Positions 10,309 through 36,260 are shown, numbered from the stretch's first letter. The stretch: 64,000 nucleotides of DNA from Bugula neritina (GCA_964035545.1 OZ037771.1:15749510-15813509); one strand, 5' to 3'. Notes: generated by a model not told the origin, from the letters alone. Made by a program: numbers and translations.

Positions 10309-13300
10309 TTATCCCATGTGGAAGTCCTTGTATTTAGCGGGGAGGACTCCACGGTTGCTTCTGGGTTGACGCTCTGGTGGTGGTGCCGCGTTCCTGAGAG
10401 GTGTTGCAGGCAGGGCAGGCATGTGGGGGGATTCATTAGGAGCATCTCCAACATCAGTATCAGCAGCATCAGCAACACCAAGGGTCTGTGTGTTATCTGG
10501 TTTGAGGTGAACACGATTCCTACGCACTATAGACTGACCGTTGTCAACCAAGTAGGATCTGGGGGAGTCATGCTGTTCGACAATCATTCCTGGCGACCAT
10601 TCTTTGTCAGTGCTTGACCTGATTAGTGCAGGAGTCCCAGGTTCCAGATCAGCCAACGGCCGTGCATGGCGGTCATGGTACTTCTTCTGCAAGTTTTGGT
10701 TGGCTATTAGTTGTTGGCTAGCTTCAATAACAACTGGTTTAAGCGACTCGGCAGTGATTGGCAAATCACTTCTTAGGGCTCTGTTGAACAGAAGCTCAGC
10801 TGGACTGAAAGCACAGCCAGTGATAGGAGATTGCCTGTATCTGAGTAGTGACCTGTATATATCCTCTCTTTCATCCTCACATTTTTTTAAAAAGGCTTTC
10901 ATCGTTTGCACATAACGCTCAGCCATTCCATTGGACTTAGGGTAGTGCGGACTAGATGTTACAATGGTGAAGCACCAGCTTGATGCAAAAGTCTGCATGA
11001 TTCTACTGCTGAAAGGCATGTTGTCCGCCAGAATGGACACTGGCACCCCGTGTACAGCAAATATGGATTTCAATGCCAAAACCACGTCTTCAGCAGTCTT
11101 TCTCTTGAGTAATCTCAGCTCGGGGAAGTGAGAGTAACAGTCCACAACTACCAAGTAATCATTATTCTTATAGGACAGTATATCCATAGCCACTTTATTC
11201 CATGGTAGACTTGGCAGCTCGTGAGACATTAACGGCTCTTTCTGTTGACGGTTGGAAAACTTAGCGCAGGTTAGACAACTTGACACTTCATTCCGTATAT
11301 CAGCAGATAGCCCAGGCCAATAGAATGATTTCCTCGCAAGCTCTCTGCATTTCTCAACGCCCAGGTGGCCCATGTGTAGCGACTTTAGAATGTGCTTCCT
11401 CTGTGACTTCGGAACTATAAGCCGCTCTTCAACGTAAAGAAATCCATCCACATCATAGATGTCAGATCTAACATTCCAGTAGGGTTGGATTTCTGTGGGG
11501 GCCTGACTCCGTCTACTCCATGACCAACCATCTTGCAGTGCTTTTTTCAGACTGTCCATTGTCGGGTCTTCAGCATATGACTGTCTCATCTCATTCATGG
11601 TGCTATCATCGGTTTCTAAGGCATGAACCATCACAACTTCACCTTCAAGATCACACTGATCATTTGTAACGCGCTGAAGGTAGGCTCGGGATAGTGTGTC
11701 AGCAATATATAAATACTTGCCCGGAACATATGTGAACTCAGCTATCCGGTATCTTTGTAGTCGCAGAAGCAGTCTTTGCAGCCTTGGGGATGCCTTGTGC
11801 AACGACTTGTTCATTATCGGGACAAGAGGTTTATGATCCGTCTGTATGTGAACAGCACGTCCATAGAGGTAGCTGTGAAAGCGCTCACAGCCGAACACAA
11901 CTGCTAGCAGCTCCTTATCTATTTGGGGATAGTTGCACTCAGTCTCAGTTAAGCTGCGTGAAGCGTATGCAACAGGTTTACCTTCCTGTAGTAACACTGC
12001 ACCAAGTCCCGACTTTGAAGCGTCAACTTGTAAATGCGCATCCTTGGTAACATCAAAATACTGCAAGACAGGTTCGGATGTAAGCAAGCGTTTAATTACC
12101 TGGAAGCTTTCCATTTGTTCTTTGGACCACACCCACTGACTATCACTCTTCAGTAGCACTCTCAAGGGCTCAGTACAGGCTGACATGTTGGGTATGTAGG
12201 CTCTTAGAAAATTGAGAGTACCAATCAGTCTTTGTACTCCCTCTCGGTCTGTTGGGTCAGGCATGGCCTCAATAGCAGCTATCTTGTCTGGGTCAGGACG
12301 CAGACCATCTTTCGATACTATATGGCCTAGATAGCGTACCTCCGTCTGATTCAACTGAATCTTCTTGCGATTAAACTTCACATTAGCCTCTTTGGCCTTT
12401 ACCAATAGCTTTCTCAGATTGGCATCATGTTCCTGTTGTGTCTTTCCAGCTACAATGATGTCATCAAAATACACTGAGACACCAGGCAAGTCTCCAAATA
12501 TTTGCTCCACCTTCTTCTCAAAGACTTCAGCACTTGAGTGAAGACCAAATGGAAGTCTATCAAAACAGTAGCGACCATATGGGGTGTTGAACGTTGTGAG
12601 CAGACTACTCTCTTTGGTCAAGGCTACATGCCAGTATCCATGTTTCATGTCCATGATGGTGTAGTATTGCATACCATTGAATCTGAAGGCAATGTCTTCT
12701 AATGTGGGTATCTTGTGATGTTCTCGTCTCACTGCTTTGTTCAGGTCCTTGGGGTCTAAGCATATACGAACCGACCCATCTTTCTTTTCAACGCATACCA
12801 TACTACTCACCCAGTTGGTTGGTACGTCAACCTTAGATATGATTCCAGATGCCTCCATATCATCCAGTTCCTTTTTCACTTTGTCTAACATACTGAGTGG
12901 GACACGTCTTGGATGATGAACCACAGGCTTCACATTCTCGTCAACACATATCTCGTGCTCTCCATCAAGTCTGCCAACGCCTTCAAACACCTCAGGGAAC
13001 TCCTGAAGTATCGAGGACAACTGATCGGTTGACAACTGATCAACTCTGCGGATCAGACCAAAAGATTCAGCAGCCTCGAGGCCAAGTATGGGAGGAAGGT
13101 CCTCATCAACCACCTCGAAGTGGACACTCTGGCTATGCTCCTTGTGGTTCACGGTGAGTTGAACTGCACCCACATTCTTGATCTTGGCTTTATTATAGCC
13201 GTAAAGGCATACAGAAGTGGGCTTTAGAGTAGCACCAAGTGACTGAACGGTTCTTAGGTTGATGCAATTTGTTTCAGCTCCAGTATCAATCTTAAACTGA

Positions 13301-14235
13301 ATATCATTGGCCTTTCCTTTGTCACTGACCTTCATCGGAAGAATCCAAGATTTCAATTTAGATTCATTAGAAAGAGCACCAACAGCACCTATGAACAAGC
13401 TATTCATTTGTTTCGCTGCAAGAGCTTTGCCTTTGCAGACTTTCTCAAAGTGATTTTTCTTCCCGCAGTTATGACATGTCTCGCCATAAGCAGGACATCT
13501 ACCTTTGGCATGTGTATATCCACAAAATTTGCAATCTATGTTGTCCTTACGTGTGTTACTTCTGGTTTTATTTTGCGTAGCGCCAGGCTGACTCTGCACA
13601 GTGCTGACTGCAGCATCATTTATCTCATTGACTGTCTTCATAGTAGTATCACCGGCAGCCATCCTTGACATCTGCTGTTTGGTAATCTCAGCAGCACGGA
13701 TGTCATCTAAGGCACTCTCAAGTTTAACGTTTTTGTCACGGAGTAGCCGCTCCTTCAGCTTTCCATCAGTGAGTCCAAACACAATTCTGCAGAGAAGCAT
13801 TCGGTCTCGCAATTCGCCAAAATCACATTTTGTAGCTTGAGTTTTTAGACGTTTCACAAAGGTGTCAATGGGCTCTCCATCACTCTGACTGAGAGACCAA
13901 AAAACAAACCATTCATACAACACGTTACGTCGGGGATTGCAATAGGCTTCAAACTGCTCCAAAACATCAGCCATAACATCTTTGCTTTTACCTGCGGGAA
14001 AGTCAAATTGACCATAAATCTCAGTAGCTTCCTCACCAGCCTGGTTCAGAAGTATAGCAACCTGACGTCTATTAATACCCACATTCTCAGGAGGAGGCTC
14101 TTGGCCACTCTCTTGAGGCTTCAAAACCAAATCAATTGCAAGCAAATAATTTTCCAAGGCCCTTCTCCACTTCCTCCAATTGTCTGACACATTACCTTCA
14201 AATGATAATTCTCCAGGGGCCTTCAAACCTTCCAT
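10309..14235 (-). CDS. Gag-Pol polyprotein (Gag, double Zn knuckle, aspartic protease, RT, RNase H, integrase)
   Basis: ATG at 14235 (MEGLKAPGEL). Motifs: CKFCGYTHAKGRC..CHNCGKKNHFEKVC, protease IDTGA, RT LPFG..YFDD, RNase H DASKSGLGAVL/TDHKPL, integrase H-H-C-C and D,D,E core (AMDI..ADN..SNGMAER). The PR-RT-RH-IN order is that of Ty3/Gypsy. Confidence 0.96.
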   Translation of the reverse strand: MEGLKAPGELSFEGNVSDNWRKWRRALENYLLAIDLVLKPQESGQEPPPENVGINRRQVAILLNQAGEEATEIYGQFDFPAGKSKDVMADVLEQFEAYCNPRRNVLYEWFVFWSLSQSDGEPIDTFVKRLKTQATKCDFGELRDRMLLCRIVFGLTDGKLKERLLRDKNVKLESALDDIRAAEITKQQMSRMAAGDTTMKTVNEINDAAVSTVQSQPGATQNKTRSNTRKDNIDCKFCGYTHAKGRCPAYGETCHNCGKKNHFEKVCKGKALAAKQMNSLFIGAVGALSNESKLKSWILPMKVSDKGKANDIQFKIDTGAETNCINLRTVQSLGATLKPTSVCLYGYNKAKIKNVGAVQLTVNHKEHSQSVHFEVVDEDLPPILGLEAAESFGLIRRVDQLSTDQLSSILQEFPEVFEGVGRLDGEHEICVDENVKPVVHHPRRVPLSMLDKVKKELDDMEASGIISKVDVPTNWVSSMVCVEKKDGSVRICLDPKDLNKAVRREHHKIPTLEDIAFRFNGMQYYTIMDMKHGYWHVALTKESSLLTTFNTPYGRYCFDRLPFGLHSSAEVFEKKVEQIFGDLPGVSVYFDDIIVAGKTQQEHDANLRKLLVKAKEANVKFNRKKIQLNQTEVRYLGHIVSKDGLRPDPDKIAAIEAMPDPTDREGVQRLIGTLNFLRAYIPNMSACTEPLRVLLKSDSQWVWSKEQMESFQVIKRLLTSEPVLQYFDVTKDAHLQVDASKSGLGAVLLQEGKPVAYASRSLTETECNYPQIDKELLAVVFGCERFHSYLYGRAVHIQTDHKPLVPIMNKSLHKASPRLQRLLLRLQRYRIAEFTYVPGKYLYIADTLSRAYLQRVTNDQCDLEGEVVMVHALETDDSTMNEMRQSYAEDPTMDSLKKALQDGWSWSRRSQAPTEIQPYWNVRSDIYDVDGFLYVEERLIVPKSQRKHILKSLHMGHLGVEKCRELARKSFYWPGLSADIRNEVSSCLTCAKFSNRQQKEPLMSHELPSLPWNKVAMDILSYKNNDYLVVVDCYSHFPELRLLKRKTAEDVVLALKSIFAVHGVPVSILADNMPFSSRIMQTFASSWCFTIVTSSPHYPKSNGMAERYVQTMKAFLKKCEDEREDIYRSLLRYRQSPITGCAFSPAELLFNRALRSDLPITAESLKPVVIEASQQLIANQNLQKKYHDRHARPLADLEPGTPALIRSSTDKEWSPGMIVEQHDSPRSYLVDNGQSIVRRNRVHLKPDNTQTLGVADAADTDVGDAPNESPHMPALPATPLRNAAPPPERQPRSNRGVLPAKYKDFHMG

Positions 14236-14333
14236 GACAGCTCCAAGGCAGACCAACACAGTCCACAACAACAAACAACAAAAAGCTAAACAATCACCAC
14301 TCCAGTGGCAAAGTAGGGTGTGAGTACGATCTA

Positions 14334-14343
14334 GCTGCCACCA
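14334..14343 (-). other. Primer-binding site (TGGTGGCAGC), consistent with a tRNA-Leu 3' end
   Basis: Directly abuts the 5' LTR on the - strand and begins TGG (complement of CCA). It is complementary to ...GCUGCCACCA; the tRNA assignment is from memory. Confidence 0.7.
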
Positions 14344-14671
14344 TGAAACATTAAGTATAGTGAGTATATAATTACCTGAGAGTTACTCGAAGTATGTAGG
14401 CATGACATTGAAGTATCGAAAGAACAATAAAGTGGGGTCTGGCCGGCCAGGGGAAATACAAAGACCAAAAGTATAGTACTGATTTATAATTATTTTATCA
14501 CAAAGTCTATCGGCGTGTTTATCTACTGTAGGCTGACATCTTTTATCTCGTAGTCTCTCGTTCGTCCTTGACCCAATATGTATTTTAATAAACAAATGCA
14601 CATGACATTATAACGTAGCATCTCGCTAGTCCGTAATTAGTGACAAACAAAAGACACATAATAATATAACA
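14344..14671 (-). repeat. 5' LTR
   Basis: TG...CA, 328 bp, followed on the - strand by the PBS. Confidence 0.95.
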
Positions 14672-15067
14672 ACTTCAAATTGGCATTTTAGCACAATTGG
14701 TTCATTTTTTAATCTTATCAACAGTAATTTTTGCATTTATTGAAACTTTTGAATTGTTACTGATTTGAAAAAAGTTTAATGTGGTCAATGAATTTCGCCT
14801 TAAAGAATCTGTAATTTGATGTAGTTTTAAAATATTGACATGTATCTTGGTCTCCATATATAGCCTACAGACAAATGAAGGGCATGATGTTCAAACAAAT
14901 TAGTTTTATATTAGATTTCTCACACAATTAGAGTCACAGTTTATATTAGCTTGACTCTGTGAGACAGAGTCCAAGTATACTTCAAGTCCTATTATGTCAG
15001 ATGCTTATACCAACGTAATTTTAGACTCCAAATCATACTCTGTCAGATCCATGCGGCGTTCAGTGAG

Positions 15068-28534
<13,467 letters not shown>

Positions 28535-29099
28535 AAATTGTGTATTTTATACATAGCTGCATAAAATAGCAGCCCCTATTTATTTGTTGATATTCAGATC
28601 AAGTATCAATTATTCAAATATTGATTAGACTAAAGTCAGTTGTCTTTATAAGTTCGGTGTTCATATAAATTAATTATTTATATATATATATATCTGTACA
28701 AAGGTTTACTACTACATAACTATATTGTATTGACTTGTTTATAATGAATACATTGTCATTGTGTAATAATATTATAAAGACTAGTCTTTTATACATTTAG
28801 TATCTATATTTGAACACACATGAGCATGAAAATCTTCATTTTCAAGTAGCATTATTATTTGTATGCCAATATAAGCTAGTTAGTAAAGTTATAATCATGT
28901 TATGTTGAAACTCACTAAGTAATGATTTGTCATATATATATTAGAAAAATAATACTCCTTAGTATATGGTAAATACCTAGTACTTTGATATACTTATTAT
29001 ATGCATTACTACTATATACTATTATCATTTAATTTCCACCGGGTCATGGCTATTAATGTTTGCATTCACGTTTTAAAATGGTTGGCTACTACTCCTCTG

Positions 29100-29430
29100 G
29101 GCTATTAGCATCGTCTGCAAAATTCTATTCAACTCACGGCGACTTTGTGATTTACTATGCAAAAACCACGTGACTATTTCTGGTTGGGGTTGCTGCAATG
29201 TTCATTCGTCGTGAGACGGGCTGGCTGCAACGCTGTGATCACTTATTTTGACAACCTCTTTTCAACATTATTTAACCTTACAACACAAGGTTGGTTATGA
29301 CTTGCTTCAAACACTAACTTTTAAAACTCACGAGTGTGGAATTAGGCTCTAAATAAACTTGACCATAAGACATGTTGATAGTGGATAAGCCGATTACTGA
29401 TGAGTCATGAGCCTGAGGGGTGCGTGAGTG
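29100..29430 (+). promoter_or_regulatory. CpG-richer promoter/first-exon-like patch
   Basis: CACGTGAC and TGAGTCA motifs, candidate donors (AAG|GTTGGT ~29289, GC|GTGAGT ~29424), followed by the same 3-periodic AT-rich tract seen in ZDHHC intron 1. Confidence 0.4.
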
Positions 29431-31149
29431 ATACTAACTCTAAGTCTAATGGTAATACTAATAGTGATTAGTATTACTGATACTGATAGTGAGTAATAGT
29501 AATACTAATAGACAATGGTAATAGTAGAAGTAGAGTCGACTATCACTATACCTATAGAGTATAGAGTTATACTTATAGTTATAGGCTGTCGATTTCTGTC
29601 AATCTCATAGTCATAGTGATAGTCATACTGATACTGATAGTCATAGTGATACTGATACTCGATAGTCATTTAATTTTATACTTATAGTTATAGTGACACT
29701 GATACAGTGATGGTCATACTCATACTCTCATAGTCAGCGTCGTATTCACACACACTGACACAGTGATACTGATCGCGAATGTGATGGCTAATAATAATAC
29801 TTATAGTTATAGCTATACTGAGGCTCATAGACATAGTTGTCATAATGAATGTTATGCTAATCTTGATCTTACTACCTAATCAGTTAATGATAATAGTAAT
29901 ACATATAGTAATACTAGTACTAGTAGTCAAAGTTATTAAATCATACTGATAAGGGATTGTGATAGTGATACTGATACGTTTACTATTAGACTTGCTATTT
30001 GTATTACTATTCGTAATTATAATAGTTATAGTATTAGTATTACTATCAGTGTTGCGGATAATAATATTCATGTTGATAATGATACAGATATAACAATTGC
30101 AATTATGAATTAACAATAACTGACTTGCCATCTATAATTTTATTTTTATGATTTAGTAATTTATTACATTTAATATTTTTGATTGAGATAATTTAAATTT
30201 GACTTTAGTATATTTTGATGGATTACTGAAATTAAATATGAAAACATAGGCCTACAGCTTACTTTTTTGAATGTCATACTAAATATATCAGAGACAATTC
30301 TACTACCAGTACCCATCTTATAATTTAGAGCTTCAGTACTTTTAGTATTGCTGTAAATATTATTACTAGTATTGCTGTAGCTGCAGATTATTGACTATAG
30401 TAGCTAGATTATCATGGAGTTTATTATTTAAACTTCTGGCAGCTAATGGTTAGCTTTATTATGATTATCTTTCTAAATATTCTCAAAAATTAGTAGGTTT
30501 TAGTCTTCACTGTTATTGCAGGATGTTTAGCTGCTGTGACTGCTCTTTATAAACTATAGACAGTCATGTTATTTGTTTAGTTGGTTTGATGCAATTGACA
30601 ATGCAATGATCAATTACTAGTATTACTTTTAATTACGAGAAAGTTGATCATTTGAGCTGTTGGTGATATAGGGATAGTTCAGTTTACCTGGTTTGGAATA
30701 TCTATAGATATGATGGTTATGATGAATTTGATTTGTTATTTAAATTGCCTACGGTGAAGCATAAACTACTTTTTATTATTGGCAAGATTTGTGCTCCAGC
30801 TCTTTCCTATTTGTTGTTAGATTTACCGGTACTAGTTCAATATGACATTATGTTGTTTATGCCATTAATTCTAACATTACAAATCAAATGTTCTTGTTTT
30901 CACTTTAGGTAAACATACACAGCCGTTCTAATGTAACTGTGTTTTGTGAACTAGCTTGTGTTTTATAACATCATGATAACAATAATATAACTATGATAAT
31001 TATACAATATGCAAACATAATATAACGAAATACATTGCATTGAATTATATATCATCATTATGTCAGTCATACAACTTCTTCGCTTTTCGAAAAGGGAGAA
31101 ATTAATAGTCAACATTTAGGATAGGGGGGGGGGAGAATAGTTTCTTTAA

Positions 31150-34100
31150 GTCACCTATTCAATTTCTTTATGTCTCTTTACGATGTTAATTTGTGTTTCT
31201 TTTTTTGATAGTTAATTTAGCATAGTCTGTCTTCTTTTCCTGTTTATTTTGCCCTGAACATGATTGAAAATGCTGCCGAAATTGAGGGGACAAATTTTTA
31301 AAAATATTTGATTGCTAAATCTATGTTTTCCCTTCATTAGATTCTGAAACTTGAAGCACTAAAATTAGTGTACATTTTCTTTGCTGCATACAGATCACTG
31401 ATTTGGTAATGCCATTGGAACCTTCAGGGTGATGATGAGTCATGAAATATAACACATGACGCAGCAATAGTCACGTGATCAGTTACAGGAGACTAAGCAC
31501 GTGATGAATTACGGACGGCTGAACACGTCTGCTGCACTGTCATTATAGTAAGTTGTTAACTGAAATTGTCATTGCACGAAGGTAATCCTTTATTTATAGC
31601 ATTTTATTTAATATTTTTTACTAACCTTTTGCTGATTGTTAATCTGTATTTATTCATAGGCTTGGAATTCACATTGAATATTGTATTTAATTGATAGGTT
31701 ACTAGTGTTACTCATTTCTAGTCAATTTGATTCTGCAGTCATTTGAGCAGATGCAACTGCAAGGCTTATAGTTATAATGAATTTCAATTTAGCTTAGCTT
31801 CAAGTTGGCTTAATTTCAACATAGCTTTTACCCTTTTTTTTCTCTGGTCTGTTGAATTAAGCTACAAAACCAATACTACGAATAATAGTATAATTGAAAT
31901 CAAATGTTTTAATTTTTTTCGCTATAGCCTTACCAGTGCAATCAAGTTGAACTTATGCCCAATGATTTCATTTGTTTGGCTTTATTTTAGTTAGGCTACA
32001 TACCCATCATGGTCATAATCATTCCTCGAAATTGACAAGTTGAATATTCAGTTTAAGCTGCTGTAACTATAAAAGCAAGTTATGTTTCTGATTCAAAGAA
32101 ATTTCTTTCCTGGTTCTGTAGACTATGTTTATTCTATCACGATGTAAATTTCCAATACTCTAGATTTTAGAGCCTATGCCTATATGAGCTGTCTCATACA
32201 TGTCTGTCATTTATTCAAAAATTTTAATTTGTCAAATGTCTTTTTGTTCTTTAGAATGTTTCTGAGCAGCTCAGATATTCACACATTAGAGAACATATGG
32301 TCTTCACCAGGAAGTTAGGACCTAGCCAACTGTGGTCAGTTCTGAGAGCCCCATCTTGGTTATAATTAGGTATTCATTATTTATGATAACTTACTGTGTT
32401 TTCAATTTTACAGGATTATAAGGAAAGAACTATCTTGTGCTTCTTGTATTCTTCTTGATAACTGATGTCCATAATTCATGTATATCTATTTCAGTTTGAA
32501 GTAGTGAAAAAGTTATGTTTTTTTCATTATTTTAGTCTTGTTAACTCCAAGTTTTGTGGAATTGTTCAAATTAATCACTTGTAGTCAGTAGACTAGTATC
32601 TCAGCTTTGCAAACATTTACTATTAGCAAATTAAAATGAAATGTTTTATATATTAAGGTAGTTTAGAATATTTATTGTCTGTTTTGTAGTTGTGTTTAAC
32701 CACATGCAGATAGAAGTCACCTTGCTATCAAGACCAGTTTTATATCTGTGATATACTCATAAGCCAACATGTAGCAGTTGTCTTCTCTCCATGTTTGATT
32801 CATCAAAACCTTTCATCAGTTCAGGTTTGTGTCTAAATGAATTGTTTATTGTAAAAATATTTACTCTTTCCCTGCGTTATGTGCTATTAGATTTTAGCAT
32901 TCATAAAGCTACTACCAGTGCATGGCAATGAGGTAAAATCAGTTGACCCATGATATCTGCTCCTTAGTACTTTTATTGTAGCTTCTAGGGGATAGTTACT
33001 CTCATAAATGATGTTAGATTCAGCTTCTGATCTACCCTTCCTTTGGACAAAGTTTAATTTAAGATAAGCATAACAAGCAGCGTTACTATTCAAATAGTGA
33101 AGCATGTGCTTTTGATAAAAGTGGCAATATAATTGTATAAGGTGTAGAATATATAACTTTGTAAAGTTGTGCACATAGAACTGTATAGAGTGATGATTAA
33201 AATGCAACTGTGTGAGTGTGGTACATAAAATATTCATACTATATGTTCTGTTAGCTATGAACTCCACTGTTGATTGATTTTGCAGTGTAACACTTGGCTG
33301 TTCTGCTTTTAGTTTTAAAAAATTATGGCTGTTTATTTCATTCAAGAATTTCCAAACATGTTTCTAATAAAAGTTAAAACAGCCCATTGTAAAGGCTCTT
33401 ACAAACCTTACCCAGCTTTAGCTATGTATGTAACCTCCCTGGCTCAAACCCAGTGTTGGTTTGTTTCACTTATAGGCTACTGATTGCTGCTTCCTTCTGG
33501 ATGGTTTGGTATTAGTTGGAGTTGTTTGATCTTTGCTTGACCTGAACTATTTTCAGACTGAGGTGAACTGCATACTACTCTATTTGAAGTGTGAGGTTAG
33601 CCGGTTATTATACCTTTTGCATGTCTAATTTTTCAGTAGTGCGTGTTAGAATTTTTGTATCCGTATCAGCTGTGATGAGAAGTAGACTTAATTTCTGTCA
33701 ACATAAAACATATTATAGCCAGGAGAATATAAGCTCAGTAAAAGTGAAAATATATGCATCTTATCCTTGTTTGTCTGAATGTCAATACAAAATTTGACCT
33801 AAGAGATGAAAAATCAGCACATGATTAGAATTTTATTTTAAGATTTTACTTTCTTGTTAATAAAGTCATTACCTCTGTTGAACACCATCAATAAGTAATT
33901 TATTTGACTTTGGAGCTGTTTAAGCTGTTTCATGTAAATGCTACCAAACATCATTCCATCTAAATGAGCACTCTTCAATCATATTTATTGTTTTGTCAAT
34001 TTATTGCTAACTGTGTGAAAACCTCTTATTAAATAATATAAGTTTACATAGTGCTACGCTTGCTTGTGGTAAGAAAATGAAGTCTGGTTTTCATTTTAGA

Positions 34101-36167
34101 TATTTTATTATGGTTCTGTCAACAAATCATGTTTTTTATTTAAATAATTATGACATTCTTCTATATATCTATACATAAATAAGAATATGAATTTTCTTTT
34201 GTACTTCTCCATTTTGCTTCTGTTGCTTTCTTTACCACTGTTATATAAATTAGGCATTTTATTTCATTGTTTTTCATGATATGCGACTCTGCTTAATTAT
34301 AGACTGCTTTCTTCTTGCAGTTACTGGTGTGATGGCCGCATGGTCATCTACTAGACAACCAACCAATTGGGTGTAAAGTTGGACAAAGTCATTCTAGATC
34401 ATTCTTCACATATGTCAGCTGGATGAGCTATATGGAGGTAATTCCTGTTGTTTTTAATATATAGAGATATTTATTGTAGCAGTCTAAAAGAAAGTAGCGA
34501 TGTAAAAGCCTTTACATCATAAGTTGTAAGCGTAGTTGCAAGACGCAAGCGTTAAGATAGGTGAAAATACTGGGTTATTGTTATACCAGTCAAAAAGGCC
34601 AGCTATATTTTGTAGTAGCCATGATTAGTGTGGAAAAATCGTAATATAGCTTGCATAGCTGTAATAATACATGAAAAGCTATAATGCATTAGGGAAAAAC
34701 TTTCCCAACTTCTGTAAAGTCCCAACAAGATAAGTATATAAGTATAACATGATTCCTTAATTAAACTACTTATAGAATTATTCAGAAATTTTTATTTAAT
34801 CACAATTCAACCAGTAAACAGTTTCAAACTTTTCATCGAGTTGTATTTACAAGAATTACTAATAAAAGTTGCACTAAAGTTAAACTGATACATTATTTTA
34901 CTTCTCTGTGAGTGGATATGACTTGGATGTTTTATGTGCCTCAACTTTACCTGATTATACATACCTGTGGTGGTTGATGTCTACTTTTATATTATAATTA
35001 TATATTTAGTTTGTTTTACCCTCTCAGCTAAATATTCCAATTTTAAATTACTATAGGGAATAGGTTTTACCAGTAGCAGCCAAATTCTGCCGAAGTCTCA
35101 CATTTAAACTATATACCTCTGGTACTATGCATTATATACAATGTACTTATTTTCTGTAGTCTCTAAAACTGGTTTTTGATGCTTCAACTAAATTTTGTTG
35201 CTTTAAAGTCACTTTTATTGTAGATGTCTGCTTTGATTTCTCTATATAATTGTTGGTGTGCCATGCATGGGTTTTAAAGCTGTAAACACTGTTTTACGTT
35301 TCACAAAATATATATTGTTGTATCCTATATTATCATGATGTCAGTAATAAAAAAATTTCACTTGTCAAAAAGTGGTAATTTATATAGTTGATATTCATGA
35401 AAGGGGGAATATTAGGGAAAGGTTGGTAACTCCTGTGTTATAAATAATTCTACTGCACTATAAGGGAGAAAGTATGTTGTCCGCATCAACTATCCTGCAT
35501 AACCCATTGGCTGTTGAAATTTGGGCATACATGCTTTTACAGATACACTGTATAAGGCATGAAAGTTGTTGGGACAGTACATGAGCAGGGAAAGCGTTTG
35601 TTGAATCATTACAGCTTTAGTTTATTAACATAGCTATAATGTTAGCTACATTAGGCTATGGTAGCTACATTAGGCTATGTTAGCTACATTATGTTTTTCT
35701 CTGATGTGTTATTTGCTTATGTGCAGCTATTTTGGCTATTCCAGAAAAAAGCTCTTTTCTAGACTAATATAAACCCTGTTCTTTTGGCTCTCTCTTCATT
35801 CAGTCTTTGGAAATGCACATCTCTCTTAAAGTAACAGGAACTAACATGAGAGTTGGTTGTTTTAGAAGTGCTCACCTTTCATCTGAAGGATTTAAAGCAC
35901 CAAAGGCTTACAGTACATGCAGGCTAATATATAAGGTAAGTTTCAATTTTCATTTATTGGTGTACACAATTTATTTGAGGAAGAATAGTTAATAGATTCA
36001 GTTTGAGACAAAGTTGTTAGTGGATTAGGTGTTATTTATGTTCAACAATTGCTATGGCCATAATAAAAATAGGAAATGTTAGTTGCAAAGTATTGAGTTT
36101 ACATAACTACCATCTCTAAATTGTGTTTTAGGATGGAATTACCCTTGGGGTGGATACCAGGGCTACA
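31150..36167 (+). repeat. Left arm of large inverted duplication (unit A)
   Basis: Its reverse complement recurs at 37026-~40810 and in parts at ~41400-41560, ~41940-43550, ~44500-44950, ~45860-47900 and ~48830-49380. Confidence 0.9.
31430..31530 (+). promoter_or_regulatory. Promoter-like cluster: TGAGTCA (AP-1), TGACGCA (CRE-like), TCACGTGA and GCACGTGA (E-boxes)
   Basis: Dense motif cluster with locally elevated CpG just before a 5' splice donor. Partly conserved in the inverted copy at ~47480-47570. Confidence 0.55.
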
Positions 36168-36253
36168 CAATGTACTGTGTCAGTTTGAGACGGAGGGAAC
36201 ACACCAGTGAGGACTACAGCTGTCGTCTCTACCCCTTCACCTGTGCTAGAAGT
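31500..36253 (+). ncRNA. Putative spliced long non-coding transcript (unit A)
   Basis: Promoter-like motif cluster, donor after 31581, and exon-like blocks with polypyrimidine-AG and GT borders at ~32255-32369, 32585-32657, 32690-32824, 33476-33595, 34321-34437, ~34480-34560, 35803/35866-35935 and 36132-36253. The blocks I translated gave no continuous reading frame. Splice borders are retained in most paralogous copies. There is no expression evidence. Confidence 0.5.
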
Positions 36254-36260
36254 GGTGAGA
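35866..36260 (+). pseudogene. PSMB7: Proteasome subunit beta-2 (PSMB7) fragment with the catalytic Thr deleted
   Basis: Exon 35866-35935 (SAHLSSEGFKAPKAYSTCRLIYK), intron, then exon from 36132 (DGITLGVDTRAT) followed by a stop. It resembles PSMB7 TGTTIAGVVYK/DGIVLGADTRATEG but lacks GTTI. Confidence 0.8.

Larger units (their letters stand above)
9830..14671 (-). mobile_element. Full-length Ty3/Gypsy LTR retrotransposon, Mag-like clade
   Basis: Two 328-bp TG...CA direct repeats (9830-10157, 14344-14671), a 5-bp TSD ACTTC (9825-9829, 14672-14676), PBS, PPT and a single uninterrupted gag-pol ORF. Confidence 0.97.

Noticed and set aside
32887-33345. 152-aa ORF with a paralogous ORF at 39570-39821
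   Set aside because: The similarity just reflects the DNA-level inverted duplication. Starts are non-ATG, lengths differ between copies and no domain is recognisable.
31500-36253. snoRNA host gene or telomerase RNA interpretation of the non-coding unit
   Set aside because: I found no convincing paired C/D or H/ACA boxes with terminal stems, and no CCCCAAAC-type template by eye. An Infernal/snoscan search would be needed to exclude this fully.
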